In this document: positions 62,189 to 64,000 of the stretch, piece by piece | Layout of the letters: every line of letters begins with the position of its first letter | Position numbering within the stretch: the stretch's first letter is position 1 | From: Macrostomum lignano | Taxonomy: Eukaryota | Reading direction: 5' to 3' | DNA length: 64,000 bases | Assembly (NCBI GenBank): GCA_002269645.1 | Contig: NIVC01001315.1 | Coordinates: 198,703-262,702, forward strand | Notes under the pieces: generated by a model | The model's input: only the letters and a program-made list of their open reading frames with translations | Told to the model about the DNA's origin: nothing | The model's database searches: none | Position numbers and translations under genes: made by a program

Positions 62189-62340
62189 GGGAGAGAGAGG
62201 GAGAGAGAGAGGGAGAGAGAGAGGCAGAGTTAGAGAGAGTGAGAGGGTGAGAGAGAGTGAGAGAGTCAGATAGAGAGAGAGGGAGAGAGAGAGGGAGAGA
62301 GGGAGAGAGAGAGGGAGAGAGAGGAGAGAGAGAGGAGGGG

Positions 62341-62371
<31 letters not shown>

Positions 62372-62507
62372 GGGAGAGAGAGAGGGAGAGAGAGGGTGAG
62401 AGATGGAGAGAGAGAGAGAGAGAGGGAGAGAGAGAGGGAGAGAGGAGAGAGAGAGGGAGAGAGAGGAGAGAGAGAGGGAGAGAGAGGGAGAGAGAGAGGG
62501 AGAGAGA

Positions 62508-62561
<54 letters not shown>

Positions 62562-62905
62562 GGCAGAGAGAGGGTGAGAGAGAGAGAGGGAGAGAGAGGG
62601 AGAGAGAGGGAGAGAGAGGGAGATAGAGGGAGAGAGAGAGAGGGAGAGAGAGGGAGAGAGAGGGAGAGAGAGAGGGAGACAGAGAGAGGCAGAGTTAGAG
62701 AGAGTGAGAGGGTGAGAGAGAGTGAGAGAGTCAGATAGAGAGTGAGAGGGAGAGAGAGATAGAGAGAGAGGGAGAGAGAGAGGGAGAGAGGGAGAGAGAG
62801 AGGGGAGAGAGAGAGCGAGAGAGGGAGAAGGAGAGAGAGAGGGGGGAGAGAGGGAGAGAGAGGGAGAGAGAGGGAGAGAGAGAGGGAGAGAGAGAGAGAG
62901 AGGAG
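60890..62905. repeat. GA-rich low-complexity tract with a recurring ~75-bp module
   Basis: (GA)n/(GGGAGAGAGA)n with repeated ggcagagttagagagagtgagagggtgagagagagtgagagagtcagatagag; interrupted at about 61345-61432. Confidence 0.95.
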
Positions 62906-63634
62906 GGCGCCTCCAATCTCAGGCACGGACGCGGTACATGTAAAAAGGACAAACAAGTCAAGATGATTTAAGTTGCCGATATTTCGAATTAGGTAAATTC
63001 TTCGTCAGGGCAAGTGAAAAGTAGCGACAAGTGGTGTTGTAAAAGTTATTAAATAGGCGGGTTAGAGGGGAGAGAGAGTAGGCAGGTAGATAGAGAGCGT
63101 ACGGTATGTACACTTGGTGTGAGTCGATAAAACACTATTACCGGTAGAGTTGAAAATGCAAAATAAAAAACAGTGCACAAATACCGGTAAAGTGAACCGC
63201 ACGTGGGCTGCAGCGATCCTACACACGAAATAAATAATGGAATAGTGCGACTGCACCGGTGTCTAAAAAGGGGAAAGAGTGACTCTAAACACTTTACAAA
63301 ATTGACCTCAATAAATAAATAAGCAGTAAATCAATAAATAAATAAATAAGGTGAAAGGCCCTCAAAAACTTAAAAAAGAGCAATTGTACGATAAGCAAAG
63401 AGTAAAAGTAAAAAAGTGTAATAAAAAGTACAGGGTGTCAAGAAACAATAGAAATGTTGATGCAGAATAAATGCTGATAATATACAAAAGCTGTGCTTGG
63501 GCTAGCGATGAGAATAAAAAAATTTTCTAAGAAAGGAGCAATAAAAGGCTTGGTAGGTATCGGCACGGTCTGACAAGGTAAGTAGTAGGGAAAGTGAAGT
63601 AAAAAATCAAAAGGAAAAATAAAAAATTCAATCA

Positions 63635-64000
63635 GTGGTGACTCCAGTCGACTGGACAGAGCAGCTGCCGGAGGTTCCGCCCTTTGGTGTAGCGGGCAGC
63701 ACCGGCGCCTCGCAGCACCGGGCCACGCGGTCCTTCACCGCGGCCACCAGGGCGTCCGACCTCGCACAATGGGGCAGGATCAGCGGGATGGCCGGGTTGT
63801 GCAGCGTGCCGGCAAGCTCGTTGACGCCGCCCGTGCGGGGTTTGAGTCTTTTAACACCTCGATGACTTGGCCTCGTGGCGCTGCCGCCGCTCGTTCGCTC
63901 TGGGGTCCCGTGCCGTCACGAGACAGATGCCGGTGAAGGCGAAGTCCGCCAAGACTGTGGCCATCACTGGTGAAATGGCGGGCCACCGGGAGTGTCACGG
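63635..64000 (-). pseudogene. Penelope-like retroelement GIY-YIG endonuclease C-terminal fragment (frameshifted)
   Basis: Stitched frames give LPVARHFTSDGHSL/ADFAFTGICLV...ERRQRHEAK/IEVLKTQTPHG/VNEL, resembling the PLE pattern PVA.HF...GHS...R...E..I..L.T..P.GLN. Runs off the window end. Confidence 0.55.

Noticed and set aside
62905-62945. Possible Kv-beta N-terminal exon remnant (atgtaccgcgtccgtgcctg, cf. MYR...VPCL)
   Set aside because: No open frame or splice sites; the missing exon(s) are probably outside the window.

Overview
Eukaryotic (invertebrate animal) genomic DNA with GC-rich exons, AT-rich spacers and introns packed with minisatellites. The architecture resembles the flatworm Macrostomum lignano, but that is an inference. 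All gene models were spliced by hand using GT-AG sites and reading-frame continuity. Recognisable genes: RPA43/POLR1F (+, single exon), NEMP1/TMEM194 (+, 4 exons), INPP5A (-, 11 coding exons), MTHFR (+, 6 exons) and a Kv-beta/KCNAB aldo-keto reductase (-, 5 exons, 5' end not found). Less familiar genes: a head-to-head pair of catalytically substituted cholinesterase-like type I membrane proteins, a secreted peptide that is about 60% His in its C-terminal region, and an orphan secreted Cys-containing protein. Mobile DNA: decayed LINE fragments, a solo LTR with a 5-bp TSD, two foldback elements, a decayed PHD-FLYWCH-MULE transposon nested in another TIR element, MITEs and a Penelope-like GIY-YIG fragment. 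Most long ORFs in the supplied track are tandem-repeat artefacts. The most notable observations are (1) the pseudo-esterase palindrome with near-identical N-halves and divergent C-halves, (2) minisatellites whose units copy splice donors, a stop codon or the start-codon context, and (3) the His-rich secreted peptide.
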